From the human T2T-CHM13v2.0 reference genome, Homo sapiens, in assembly GCF_009914755.1 (NCBI RefSeq), contig NC_060933.1: a stretch of 64,000 bases of DNA. One strand, 5' to 3'. The notes under the pieces are model-generated. The model was not told where the DNA came from. It made no database searches and saw only the letters and a program-made list of their open reading frames with translations. Below, in pieces: positions 46,988 through 59,454 of the stretch. Position 1 is the first letter of the stretch; each line of letters opens with the position of its first letter. Position numbers and translations under genes: made by a program.

Positions 46988-47308
46988 CTCACCAATTTCC
47001 TTTTGTGAAAGATTTGAGCTTAGGTATATTACTTCTCCTTCGTGAGCACTATCTTTATTGTCAGAGTAATATTTTGAATTAGAAATTTAAAAATGCTGTT
47101 TTCTTAACCAATAAATATTTTGGTTAAAAAACATTTTTAAAAATTGTGAAATGTCTTTTGCCTTCTGCTCTAGGGCCACTTTCTCTGCTTTACATTTTAA
47201 TATTTAACAAACAAAAATGAAAGTGAATCCTAGGATACACCAACAGGTATTGTCAAGAAATGCACGAAATAAAAAGCTTGCTGCTTTTTAAGTATTCTTA
47301 GATTAGGC

Positions 47309-47647
47309 CAGAGGGGGTGACAAACTTTTTCTGTAAGTGACCAGATAGGAAAATTTCATGCTGTGACGGACATACAGTCTCATCTCCAGCACTCAACTCT
47401 GCTGCTGTAGCACAAAAGCAACCATAGACAATGTATATACAAATAAGCATGGCTGTTTCCCAGTAACATTTTATTTATAGACACTAACATTTGAATTTCA
47501 CATAATTTTTCATGTGTCATGACATAGCATTCTTTTTTATTGTTTTCAACAATTTACAAAAATGTAAAAACCATCCTTAATTTATGGGCTGTACAAAAGC
47601 AGGCAGCAGGGTAGAACTGGCCTCAGGGCTGTAGTTCGTGACCCATG
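47309..47647 (+). mobile_element. MER58B (hAT-Charlie)
   Basis: caaactttttctgtaag...actcaactctgctgctgtagcacaaaagcaaccatagaca...; 8-bp TSD gattaggc/gattagac. Confidence 0.9.
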
Positions 47648-48707
47648 GATTAGACACGTGGTGGGTATGAACTGTAGTACAGAAATAAAGTGTGCAAAAG
47701 TTCTAACATTTGTAGATTCCTCCTTAATAATAAATTAGTGTCACAATCATCCCTTCTGCTAACATGACAAAAACCATTTGTTCTGGCATTGAGGTTGAAG
47801 TTGTTAGAAGCTGGCAATGCTAAAGCACCTTGGTCTAGGTATGAAGAGGGGATTATCTGATCCTAGTTGTCATCTACCCATACTGATCTCTCCCGGGAGG
47901 TTGATGCTCCTTGGTCCATGTGTGTTAATGATCAAAACAGAAAACTGCAGAGTTAGTTTCTATTTCCGTTAACAAGGCATTTTCCTCCTTCCCTGTTGTA
48001 TGCACATGTTATTCTTGTGTTTGCATCATGCTAAAACTTGGGGCACTCCAGGAGCTGTGGATCTTTCTGCTTAGAATGTGCCACGCAACCATATTCTCTG
48101 GGAGTTTCCTAGGGCTCTATATCGGAAAGAGAATATGTGATCTCTCTATGCTGGGTTCTTTGCTGACCAATACTCTTCCCACAGCTAGCTTGGGGAGCAA
48201 AATCAGGGACCATCCCTTCCAAGAGGCTTATTCATGTCTACACATTCATTGCCATCAGCATTGAGCAGGGCAGCTGCAGCCTGCGTGGGGTGAGGAAGGT
48301 GCAAGGAAGGAACAGGGTTAGAAAGAAATACTAGGGGCATTGTGATGACTAGTTCAACAATGTTTATGTTTCTATTTACATAATTTTACACATTGTATTT
48401 TAGTTATTAAATGTGTACTGAAATCCTACTATGTGCCAAAAATTGTTTGAGATGCTGAGAGTACAATGTCAAACGTAACACACACAGTTCTTTCACTCTT
48501 GAAACAGGGTACAATAGATGAAAGATAATCATTCCACAATCTCAAAATTAATCATTGTAAATAGTGATTAAGCCACATGAGCCAGTGAATACTTTGACAG
48601 TTGTGACAATTTACACATTTATGCTAAATGAATCAGATAAGATGATATTAATTAATTTGAGCTGACGTCAATTTTGGGGGCAAACCCTGCTGGAAGGTTC
48701 TCTGTAT

Positions 48708-48761
48708 CCTCTCTCTCATACACACACACACACACACACACACATACACACATGTACACAC
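48708..48761. repeat. (CT)n(CA)n microsatellite
   Basis: ctctctctc followed by an interrupted CA run. Confidence 0.9.
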
Positions 48762-50097
48762 CTGGATTCAGAGCAATATAGACAACATCAATTAGTCATA
48801 ACTAGATGTGAAATATTTCTAATCTTTTGATTCTGAAAATTAATATGAAGGTATAAACACTGAAGAAAAAAACAAATATTTTTGGCAAAATGGAGATTTT
48901 CCATCCAAGTACGTTATAATTTTATTCTTTTTTATGTGCAAGTGTAGATATGAGAGACTTCTGAAAGTCTTCCAAACAAGTAGATTTGAGGGTATCACAG
49001 ATACTTTATAGAGACTATTTGGTATTAGAATGCAATGACATTGTGCAGCTTTCAAAATCGGTATGAAGCACTGAATTGAATCAGAAATTTTGCAAATCAA
49101 CTGACTTATCAAGTCTGTTTTGAAGTCTTCTTGGTCTCCTGCTGAGCCAAGACTACATCCTAGCACAGGGAAAATTTAATTATATTGGATATATTTCTAG
49201 TAGGAAATATATTCAGAATTTCAATATGTAGGACAAAAATATTTACTATCTAAGTTTAAAATATTGGGGGGTAGAAGAATGATTTTGAGATCCTGTCAAC
49301 ATAGAAAAAAGTTAGAGTGTGTGTTTGCTTTGGATATCTCCATAAACATCTTTAATTTCTCCAGAACTACTTTTTTTTCTGTTTTCCAATACGTGCATTT
49401 TAATGGTAATTATTGATATCCTTCTTAAGTATGTAGATAGAAAGTAAATGGAAAACAATGAAGCGAGTTTTTCTAAACTTACTCTAAATAATTCTTCAAA
49501 TATTTATGGCTGTGGTACTAGTATTATTCCAGGGAGACTTGTGGTCTTTTTCTTCAGTTTTCATGATAGTTCAGTGAGAAAGAGTAAAATCAATGTGTTC
49601 TCCTTCCTGAAATTTCATTTAAATTGATTATTTTCACCCATATACCACACGCATTTTCAATTGAACTGCTTCAAATTTCACTTGAAACTTAAAATTTCTT
49701 ACCCATTTTAAACACTCCACGCTTACCTGATCCCACATCTGATCTTCTGCTCCCAAAACTCTGCCCACTGTTCTCACATTTCACCCACACCAAAGTTACC
49801 TCAGTCTGAGACGTGCCAGGTCACACCTGTGTCATCACTCAGATGAATGGAAGGCCCCAGAACTTAAATCAGCTATGAAATTAAATGTTCATCTTGGTGA
49901 AAAATTAATACTTTGAAAATAATAATTCATTACCAAGAAAACTTACTCTCTGCTACAGGTAGCCAACACACTGCACCTCACTCTTCCTACATTTTCCTCA
50001 TTTTACATTTGTCTAATTACTGTTTCCAATAATCATCACTTTTCCCATGGTCATTCCTTGGTTACTCTGGGAACTTGCCAAGGTTAAAAAAGAGGGA

Positions 50098-50378
50098 GGC
50101 CAGGCATGTGTCTCACACCTGTAATCCCAGCACTTTGGGAGGTCAAGGTAGGAGAATTGACTGAGGGCAGGAGTTAAAGACCAGCCTGGATAAGACCCAG
50201 TGTCTACAAAAAATTTTTAAAAATATATCCAGGTATGATAGTGCATGCCTGCAGTTCCCACTACTTGGGAGGCCAAGGCAGAAGAATCATTTGAGCCCAG
50301 GTATTTGAGGCCACAGTGAGCTATGATCACACCACTGCCTGGGTGACAGAGTGAGACACTGTCTCTAAAAAAAAAAAA
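50098..50378 (+). mobile_element. AluJ
   Basis: Diverged Alu with J diagnostics (ttgagcccaggtatttgaggccacagtgagctatgat). Confidence 0.9.
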
Positions 50379-51089
50379 TAGAAGAGGAAGGAGTGATGGT
50401 TTTAATGCTGGACTATTTTAAAATATGTATAACTGTGTTATTATATACAGTTAACCATAAATAATTCTTACAACAACAAATATAAGCAAAAATATGACTA
50501 TGTCCACAATCTTTTCCTCTTCCATATACATTCATGACATTTCCCTTTGTGTTTCTTTTGTACTTAAAAATGCAAAATTAAATTACACTCTCTTGATATT
50601 TCTGGCTGTTATCAGAGAATAGATAAAATGCAAACAAGAAGAATTGATTGTAGAGACTACTCATTCATAAAACTAAATTGCAAAAGTCTTTGGTCATTTA
50701 TGTTTTATTTTTGAAAGAGAATTTGGTAATATATCTGTGAAAGTCTCTGCCTCAGACAGGGAAACTTAGAAAAAAATCCTATAAAATGGCATAAATTAAA
50801 ATTTTGGTGGAATAAATCTGATTCTATTCAGCTATTTAAATCAATTTCCCCACTCCTGGCTAACCCTCTCCAATCCCACCTTCACAAACACAGCTTAGAA
50901 CAGAATTCGACATTTCTCGAAGGTAGGCAAAGAAAAATAAATTAATTTTAATTAATGACTTTTAAGTTAAGATTAATTTTGGACCCATTAAACTTCCAAT
51001 AAAATATAATAGCATTTCGTATCTTCTATGCTCCTTACATAATACATAATTTTTCTATAATAAGAGAATACACTCATTACCATGTTGTT

Positions 51090-51260
51090 AAAGAAGCTAG
51101 TGGCCTGGGCTGGGAATAGAAGATGTGAGATTTGGTGCAGTCTATGATACCCACTAACTATCTGACCTTGGGAAAGAAGGCATATGGCCCTCAGTTTTGT
51201 CATCTAAAAATCATAATTGAATCATTTCCAAAGATATTTCCAGTTCTGAAAGCTTATAAT
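51090..51260. mobile_element. MIR fragment
   Basis: ccactaactatctgaccttggg...cctcagttttgtcatctaaaa. Confidence 0.65.
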
Positions 51261-51759
51261 GTGACATATGTTTTTGATACTTTTAACCGTTCACACAAAT
51301 TTACTATGTTTTTGTACTGGATCATTACTTCCCTCCATGCTAGATTCTTGTTCAGAAAAACAAAGCTCATTTATATTATAGCAGTTTCCTCAGGGAGGCT
51401 ATGATTTGCTCTGTAATAATTTGATTTATAGTGCAATTTTCACTTACACACTTAAGTGAAGTGGTTGGGCAATCCATGAGAAGCGCTCTCAGATTACCTT
51501 ATCTAAGACTTAAGACCAGACACCCAGGCAGACTGGGGTTAGTTGTGTGGTAGAGGAGGCCTAGGAACCAGGAGATCACTTAGGTGACTAATGAAAAACA
51601 GCAAAGGATTTAGGCAACTTTATTTGTCTAAAATCAGTAGAGCAAGGATATGTTCTAATGTCAGAACAGGTCAACACACAAAAATGCAGGATTAAGGAAA
51701 GAGAGATTCCAGTAAGGATCAAAATCTGTGATAGACATGTTACGAAGCCCTAATAATAA

Positions 51760-52085
51760 CAAGTGTTGGCAAAATTTTTCTGTAAAGAGTCAGATACCAA
51801 ATATTTTAGGACATACAGTCTTTGTTATAACTACTCAATTCTGCAGCTGTAGTGCAAAAACAGCCATAGATTATATGTAAATGAATAAGCATGACTGTAT
51901 TCCAATAAAACTTCATTTATGTACACTGACATTTGAATTTTGTATAATTTTCACATGTTACAAAATATTCTTTTTTTGATCTTTTCAACCATTTAAAAAG
52001 GTAAAACCTATTTTTAGTTGGCAGGCCATATAAAACCAGATGGTGGGCCAGATTTGGCCTGTGGGCTGTTGTTTGCCAACCCCTC
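51760..52085 (+). mobile_element. MER58B (hAT-Charlie), second copy
   Basis: gttggcaaaatttttctgtaaagagtcagat...gggccagatttggcctgtgggctg...tttgccaacccc. Confidence 0.9.
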
Positions 52086-52699
52086 ATAATAATATAACAG
52101 TCAAATTGAGGACTTTTGAAATATGAATGAGCTTGTAATATGTTAATTTTAGTAAATTAAAATCAGCAAATGTATTATTTGAACACATTTCATTTTCTTA
52201 AAACTTTCTCTTGCAATAGTGTTTGCATTCTTCATTAACTTGATAATAATATCTACTACTTATGGCTTATTTACAGTAAGCTCAATAATAAACTTACAAT
52301 AAGTTTAATACAAGAAGCATTATGTTCCAGTTATAATCATCAATGTTATTTTACAGATTCTTACGATTATTTTCTGAGCAATATTTGCATTTTATATGTG
52401 AAAAAATAAAGTGATCAAATAAATAATTAATATTTCCAGTATTTCATATCTAGACTGTCAAATCAAAAGCCTGTTCTGTTAACCATTCTACTACACAGAC
52501 GCAGATATCATTTTTTCCTTTAAAAACACACAGGAAAACTTTGTTCATATTCACATTAGCTGAAATTCTGAGTTGATAATGAGACCTAATCTTGTATTTA
52601 ATTGTCAATATTTTTGTTTTCAGGAAATGTTTTTCTAGTATTTATATGCCAATATAAAAATCATGAAAAGAAAAACTACACACTTAAAATAGAAGTAAA

Positions 52700-52842
52700 G
52701 GCTGGGCGCGGTGGCTCACGCCTGTAATCCCAGCATTTCAGGAGGCCAAGGCGAGTGGATCATGAGGTCAGGAGATCGAGACTATCCTGGCTAACACGGT
52801 GAAACCCCATCTCTACTAAAATACAAAAAAAGAAAAAAAAAA
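52700..52842 (+). mobile_element. Young (AluY/Sc-type) left monomer only, with TSD
   Basis: ggctgggcgcggtggctcacg...ggagatcgagactatcctggctaacacggtg...A-tail; TSD agaagtaaa (52691-99, 52843-51). Confidence 0.92.
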
Positions 52843-53004
52843 AGAAGTAAATACTGAGGCATTTTAAGGCCATAATGAAGCACAAAATCATTTTATGAAT
52901 ATTTCCAGGGTCAACCTTTTTTAACAATCACATCTCTATTTAATTCAATCATAATGTTTTGAAGAATCTTAGTAAATTTAACAAAAAATTAATAGTTCAT
53001 TTAC

Positions 53005-53700
53005 CTACTCGTTCAATTAGCAAATTTATTAAACATTTGCATATGCCAACCAGTATACTCTGCTTGGAAATATAACGTTGAGAAAGAGAGATCCTTTCTG
53101 TCTTCAACCTAGTGGAGCAGAAAAGATACTTATTAAAATAGCCACATTTTGTGCATACTGTAAAGAAAAGATAAAGGATGTCATGGGTTTGTTACATGGA
53201 GCATCTGTTGTAGGATGAGGTTCAGGAGAGACTTTTGAGCTGAGATCTAGCAAGGCAAACATACTAGCACATGGGGCAGAGGCCAGAGCTCGGTGCAGCA
53301 CTAAGGCTGCAGACCACATAGTACTATTTTTAAGCCCCTAATGCCAGATTGCCTGAAAGGAGAGAGTGAGATGGATAGTGGCCCAACCTCAGGCCATGGT
53401 GATAGGCAAGGTGAGATCAGGCAAATGTAAAGGGCTAGTGGAAGATTTAACCTTTATCCTAGAAGTCATGGAAGAGTTTTAAGCAGAAAAATTAGATTAT
53501 CTGATTTTCCTTTTAATCATATGGATCCTAGGATATAATGGAAACAGAAATGATCTGGGGAGCTCAAGAAAAAGGCCATTGTAATGATCCATGTGAGTGC
53601 AGTTAGACAGTGTTTTAAACTAGGTTGTGTTGAGGAGACAAAAAATAGTAGACAGATTCATGAAATATGTTGAAAGCAAATACATTTGGACAGTTGATTT
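53005..53700 (-). mobile_element. L2 3' region
   Basis: ttcaattagcaaatttattaaacatttg; gagacttttgagctgagatct; gagttttaagcag. Confidence 0.7.
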
Positions 53701-54137
53701 CTTTACATTCTTTGGATCTCAGTTTAAATAATATGTAAAAAGGCCATTTCTGACTATTCTATCCTATTCATGTTCTCTAAGACATTCTTCTTTTATATTA
53801 CATGTCATAAAAATTTGATTATTTCTTTATTAGCTCATTCACTTCTGAAAGCCCTATTAGAGATGAGACTATGTCATTTTTGCTCACTACTGTTTCTATC
53901 ATAATACTGTGCTTGATATGGAGCAGCACTCTATATATATTTGTGAGACAGTGAAAAAATAAACTGAGTTTTATGAGCAACTACATTGAAACATATGGCC
54001 TTAAACTGTGTTTGGAGAAATAAAAAGCAGGGGCACTATTTGGATAGTGGTTTGATGACATGTATCCATTACTCTTTGCCATGAAATACAAGTAAAATCA
54101 TCATAAATGTATATTTTTATATTTTTTAAAATTAAAC

Positions 54138-54432
54138 TTAAATAAACTGTGTTTATCCATACTGTGTTATACTAATCAGTTATGAAGTACTTTAGTATTT
54201 ATACTAAATATAATGAAATACTTATGAAATATTTATGTAATAAAATGAAATACTTAGATAATAAAATGAAATAAATACTTATATAATATGAAATACTTAT
54301 GTGACAAAATGAAATATTTAAGTATAAAATGAAATGCTAAAGAATTTCACTAAAGTATTTCATTTTATACTTAAGTATTTCATTTTATTACGGATTAGTA
54401 TAACATGGTATGGATAAACACAGGTTATTTAA
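54138..54432. repeat. Nested inverted repeat enclosing an (AAAATGAAATACTTA)-like minisatellite
   Basis: Outer arms 54138-54177 / 54393-54432 (37/40); inner arms 54306-54337 / 54355-54386 (30/32). Confidence 0.9.
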
Positions 54433-55062
54433 CCATTTATCAATTGAAAGACATCTGCGTTATTTTAAGTTTTTGGCTATTACTAAAAAAAAGCTTATAT
54501 AAATATTCACATACAAGTTATTATATGAAGATAAGTCTTCGTTTCTCTGAAATAAATATTTCTAGGAGTGAAATTGCTGAGTGACATGTTAGTTACATGT
54601 TAGTTTGTTTTTAAAAAATTGCCAAAGTGTTCTTCAGAGAGGCTTTACCATTTACATTCCAATCAAAAATAAATGAATGACCTAGTTTCTCTCCATTCTC
54701 ACCCAACATTTTCTTTCATCACTTTGTTTTTAAACAATTTTTTAGACATTCTAATAGGTGTGCAGTTATATCTCATTGTGGCTTCAATTTACAATTATCT
54801 AATAAGTAATGAAGTTGAAAATCTTTTCATGTGCTTATGTACTTATTCACTATACCTTCTACAGTGAAATATCTGTTCATGTCTTTTGCCTGTATTCTAA
54901 AAGGATTATTTTGTTTTTTTGTTTGTTTTTTTTACCGTTGAGTTTTGAGACTTCTTTATATATTTTGATCTAAGACTTTTTTCAGATACACCATATGCGA
55001 ATATTTTCTTCCAGTCAGTGTTTGTCTTTTTTTCGCATAACAAATTTATAAATTTTAAAGTC

Positions 55063-55417
55063 TGATATGAGTTTGGTGTGTCCCCACCCAAATCTCATCT
55101 TGAATTCCCACGTGTTATGAGAGGGACCCGGTAGGAGGTAATTGAATCAAGGGGGCAAGTCTTTCCTGTCCTGTTCTCATGATAGTCAATGAATCTGATG
55201 AGGTCTAATGGTTATAAAAAGGGGAGTTTCCATCCACAAGGGCTCCTCTCTTTGCCTGCCGCCATCCACATAAGATGAGACTTGCTCCTTGTCTTCCGCC
55301 ATGATTGTGAGGCTTCCCCAGCCACGTGGAACTATAAGTCCTATTAAGTATCTTTCCTTTGTAAATTACCCAGTCTCACAAATGTCTTTACCAGCAGCAT
55401 GAAAACGGACTAACACA
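55063..55417 (+). mobile_element. THE1B-like solo LTR
   Basis: tgatatgagtttggtgtgtccccacccaaatctcatc...gaaaacggactaacaca; perfect TSD aagtc. Confidence 0.95.
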
Positions 55418-57411
55418 AAGTCAAATTTATTATTTTTTTCTTTTTATCAATCATGCTTTTCATGTGAGCTCTAAGAACTGTGATCCAAAAGATTTATCCT
55501 ATTTTTTTCTAAAAGTTTTAGTTTATCTTTTGCATATAATCCATAATCCATTTTGAGTTAACTTTTAAATAAAGTGAGGTTTAAGTTTATTTTCTATTTA
55601 ATTTTTTGGCTCTATGAATGTCTAATTGCTCCAGCATCATTTGCAGAAAGGCTATTGTTTTTTCTTTATATTGCTTTTAGACATTTATCAAAAAATCAGT
55701 TGGACATGTGTGTGTGGACCTATTTATGGGTTGTCTATTTTGTTCTACTGATCTACATGCCTATGCCTTCACCAGTACTACATAGTCTTGATTACTGTAG
55801 CTTTATAATAAGTTTTAAAAGAGAGTAGGCTAATTCCTCCCACATTTTTCTTCTTTTTCAAAATTGTTTTTGATATTCTAATTACTTTGCCTTTCTGTAT
55901 ACATTCTAGAATAACCCTATATATGCAAAAGCTTGTTGAGATTTCATAAGAATCGCATTAATCTTGTGTATTGATTTGGAAAGATTTGACATCTATGTTC
56001 TAATCCATGAAGATAGTATGTATCTCTATTTATTTACATCTTCTTTGATTTTTTACCAGTACTTCATAATTTTCAGCATTAGTCCTACATACTTTTTAGA
56101 TTTAAAATATCTTTTGAGTTTATTTCCTCAATTGCAAATGGTTTTGTATTTTTACTTATAGTGTTATTAAATTCATTTTCCAGTATACAGAAATAAAATT
56201 GATTTTTGTATGTTTACTTTGTATTCTGTGGCATTTCTAAACTCATTTAATAGTTCTAAATGTTTTTTGCAAATTTATTGGGATTATCTATGCAGACAAC
56301 CATGCTATCTATACACAAGGGCACTTTTATTTCTTCCTATATAATTAATAAGCCTTGTATTAGCTGCATTGTCTTAACTGCATTGGATAGCATTTTTGAT
56401 GCTAGTAATATATTGTGTAAGAGTGGTCGGTGTTGATATTTTTGCCTTGTTTCCAACAATAGAAAAATGCATTTAGTGTCTCATCATTCAGTACAATGTT
56501 AGCTGTAGGGTTTTTTGTTTTTCTGTAGATGTTCTTTATCAGGTTAATTTCCCTTTATTCCTATTTTTAAGAGCATTTTTATCTTTAATGTGCATACAAT
56601 TTTGTCAAATGATTTTCTGCACCACTTTTTTTTTCTTAAACTGTTAGTATGGTAGATTACGTTGACTGATTCTGGATATTAAATCATCCTTGCGACCCTG
56701 GAATAAACTCCATTTGGTCATCATGTATAATTTCTTTTTTATATTGCTTAATTATATTTGCTAATATTCTGTTAAGGATTTTGCAACTATATTTATGAGG
56801 AATATTCATCTGTAGTTTTATTTTCTTGTACTGTGTTTGCAAAACTTCCTCTTCTCTTCTATTTTATAAAAGAAATTGTTTAGAATCAGTGTAAATTATT
56901 ATTTAAACATTTGGTAGAATTCTCCATTGGAACCATGTGGTCCTGGAGATTTAATTTTTGGGGAGTTTTATAATTATGAATTTAATTTGCTTAATGGTTA
57001 TAGAGCTATTCAAAATTATCAATTTCATATAGTATTAGTTGTGTAAGTTCGCAGTTTTCAAGATATCGGTCCCTTTCATCTAAGTTATCAAATTTGGATG
57101 TATAGATTTGTTGGTAGCACTCCCTTAGCTGTTTGTTGTTTGCAGGATTTGTAATGATATCTTGTTTCATTCCTGATATTGGTAATTTGTATCTTCTCTA
57201 CTTTTTCTTTGTCAGGCTTGCTAAAAGATTGATAATTCTATTTATTTTGTCAATGAACCAACTTGGTTTTCATCAAATTTCTCTGTTGTTTTGGTGTGTC
57301 AATTTCACTGCATTCTGCTCTTACCTTTACTATTTGTTCCTTCTGTTTATTTTGCATTTATTTTGCTCTCCCTTTTACAAGTTTTGAAAGAAGAACTTAA
57401 GGAAGCTTATG

Positions 57412-58063
57412 TTATTATTATTTATTATTATTATTATTATACTTTAAGTTTTAGGGTCCATGCGCACAATGTGCAGGTTTGTTACATATGTATACATGTG
57501 CCATGTTGGTGTGCTGCACCCACTAACTCATCATTTAACATTAGGTATATCTCCTAATGCTATCCCTCCCCCCTCCCCCCACCCCACAACAGGCCCCAGT
57601 GTGTGATGTTCCCCTTCTTGTGTCCATGTGTTCTCAATGTTCAATTCCCACCTATGAGTGAGAACATGCGGTGTTTGGTTTTTTGTCCTTGTGATAGTTT
57701 GCTGAGAATGATGGTTTCCAGCTACACCCATGTCCCTACAAAGGACATGAACCCATCATTTTTTATGGCTGCATAGTATTCCATGGTGTATATGTGCCAC
57801 ATTTTCTTAATCCAGTCTACCATTGTTGGACATTTAGCTTGGTTCCAAGTCTTTGCTATTGTGAATAGTGCCGTAATAAACATACGTGTACATGTGTCTT
57901 TATAGCAGCATGATTTATAATCCTTTGGGTATATACCCAGTAATGGGATTGCTGGGTCAAATGGTATTTCTAGTTCTAGATCCCTGAGGAATCGCCACAC
58001 TGACTTCCACAATGGTTGAACTAGTTTACAACAGGTGCTGGAGAGGATGTGGAGAAATAGGAA
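57412..58063 (-). mobile_element. L1PA5-like 3' end with a short 5' inversion (twin priming)
   Basis: Minus-strand 3' end to 58030, then plus-strand L1 piece 58030-58063; TSD aggaagcttat(g/a)ttatta at 57400 and 58059. Confidence 0.93.
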
Positions 58064-58155
58064 GCTTATATTATTAATCTGAAAAATGTTTCTGTTTTCT
58101 AATATAAGTAACGTTACAGATTTTCCTCTCAGTGCTGCATAAGATGTGTTTTAGA

Positions 58156-58670
58156 TTTTTTTAAATGAGGCAATTATTAACTCAGCATCTTTTATTCTAA
58201 TGCTTCCTGTTGGCAGTCACCACCTATCCTGCAATTCTGTCCAGATTTCTTTGCACTGAAGTTATTAGTTTGTAGCCCTTGTCTTGGTCCTCTTCCACTA
58301 TTTTCAGCACTTCCAGGACAAGGACCCAGCATGCCATACTCTTGGATCCTTGGTTGAAGTGTCTGGGCCTGAGGCCATTTCTCAAGATCCCCCATAGATT
58401 TTGGTCATGGAGCCGACCCCAGCTCCACCTGGGAGGTACAGATATTGTGCTATGGAAGCTATGTCTACACCTATTGCTATGTGTAGAATCAGCTGTCATT
58501 ATAGGGAGCAAGGTCTTTACACTTGGCCAGCTTGAACATGTCTTGGGACTTTCAACTTCCAGACTTTTTGGGGAAGGCTGCCAGAGGTCTGAAGAACTCC
58601 TGCCAGTTCACATCTTTTACAGTAACTCCAGGTATGGTGTGGCCTCCACACTACCAACCAAAGGAAAAAC
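58156..58670 (-). pseudogene. RPS19: Processed pseudogene of 40S ribosomal protein S19 (eS19)
   Basis: Minus strand reads (ATA)[13 protein letters not shown]...LAPY...[15 protein letters not shown]...FNQGSKS...VEEDQDKG...QRNLDRIAG...ANRKH*; intronless; 5'UTR and 3'UTR remnants, polyA, TSD tgtgttt(t/c)aga (58145-55, 58671-81); start codon lost, frameshifts and stops; CDS remnant 58197-58635. Symbol names the parent gene; the pseudogene number cannot be assigned. Confidence 0.95.
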
Positions 58671-59454
58671 TGTGTTTCAGAAATTTTGATATGTTGCTTT
58701 TTTTTAATTCAGTTAAATATATTTTTTATTTCCCTGATACATTCTCCTTTATCCATGGATTATTTAGAAGCATGCTGCCTAATTTCCAAGTGTCTGAAAT
58801 AGTCCACTTATCTTTTAGTTATTAATTTCTATTTAATTCCATTGTAGTCAGAAAACACACTCTGTGTGATTTCTATTTGTTTAACTTTTTTGAAGTTTAT
58901 TTTGTGGTCCAAGATATGATCCATCTTGTTATATGTTCTGCAGGCACTTAACGGAATGTATATTCTGCTATTGTTGAATAGAGTAGTCTATATATGTCCA
59001 TTAGATTCTATTGTTGAGGATATTGCATTATTCTCTGTTCTTTCCAATTTTCTACCTGCTAGATCTAGCAAGTATTGCCAACATGGTATTCAGTTTCCCA
59101 AGTATAATTCTGGGTTCTTAATTTCTCCTTTCAGTGCTATCAATTTTTGTTTAACATATTTTGTATTTCTGTAGTTTGGTGCATGCATGTTTAGCATTGT
59201 CATGTCTTCTTGTTGGATTTACCCTTTTATTATTATGTAATATATCTCTCTGTTTCTGGATTTGCTGTGCAAATACAAAATATTCTGTATTTGCTCTGTA
59301 ATATACTTTAATATGTAATATAGTCACTTTTTGTTTCTTTTGATTAATGTTTGCATGATCTATCTTTTTCATCCTTTTATTTTTAATCTGCCTTTATCTT
59401 TATATTTGAAGTTTTTTGTAGATAGCCTAAAATTAAGTCATTTAAAACAGGAAT

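Noticed and set aside
47309-52085. Two similar ~330-bp direct repeats 4.4 kb apart (LTR pair or segmental duplication?)
   Set aside because: Independent MER58B copies with different flanks and TSDs; no retroviral internal sequence between them.
54200-54390. Regularly repeated motif that might suggest a CRISPR-like array
   Set aside because: Eukaryotic AT-rich minisatellite with no unique spacers and no cas genes.
58192-58825. ORFs of 67-136 aa overlapping the RPS19 copy
   Set aside because: Frameshifted or antisense readings of the pseudogene; the start codon is mutated to ATA.
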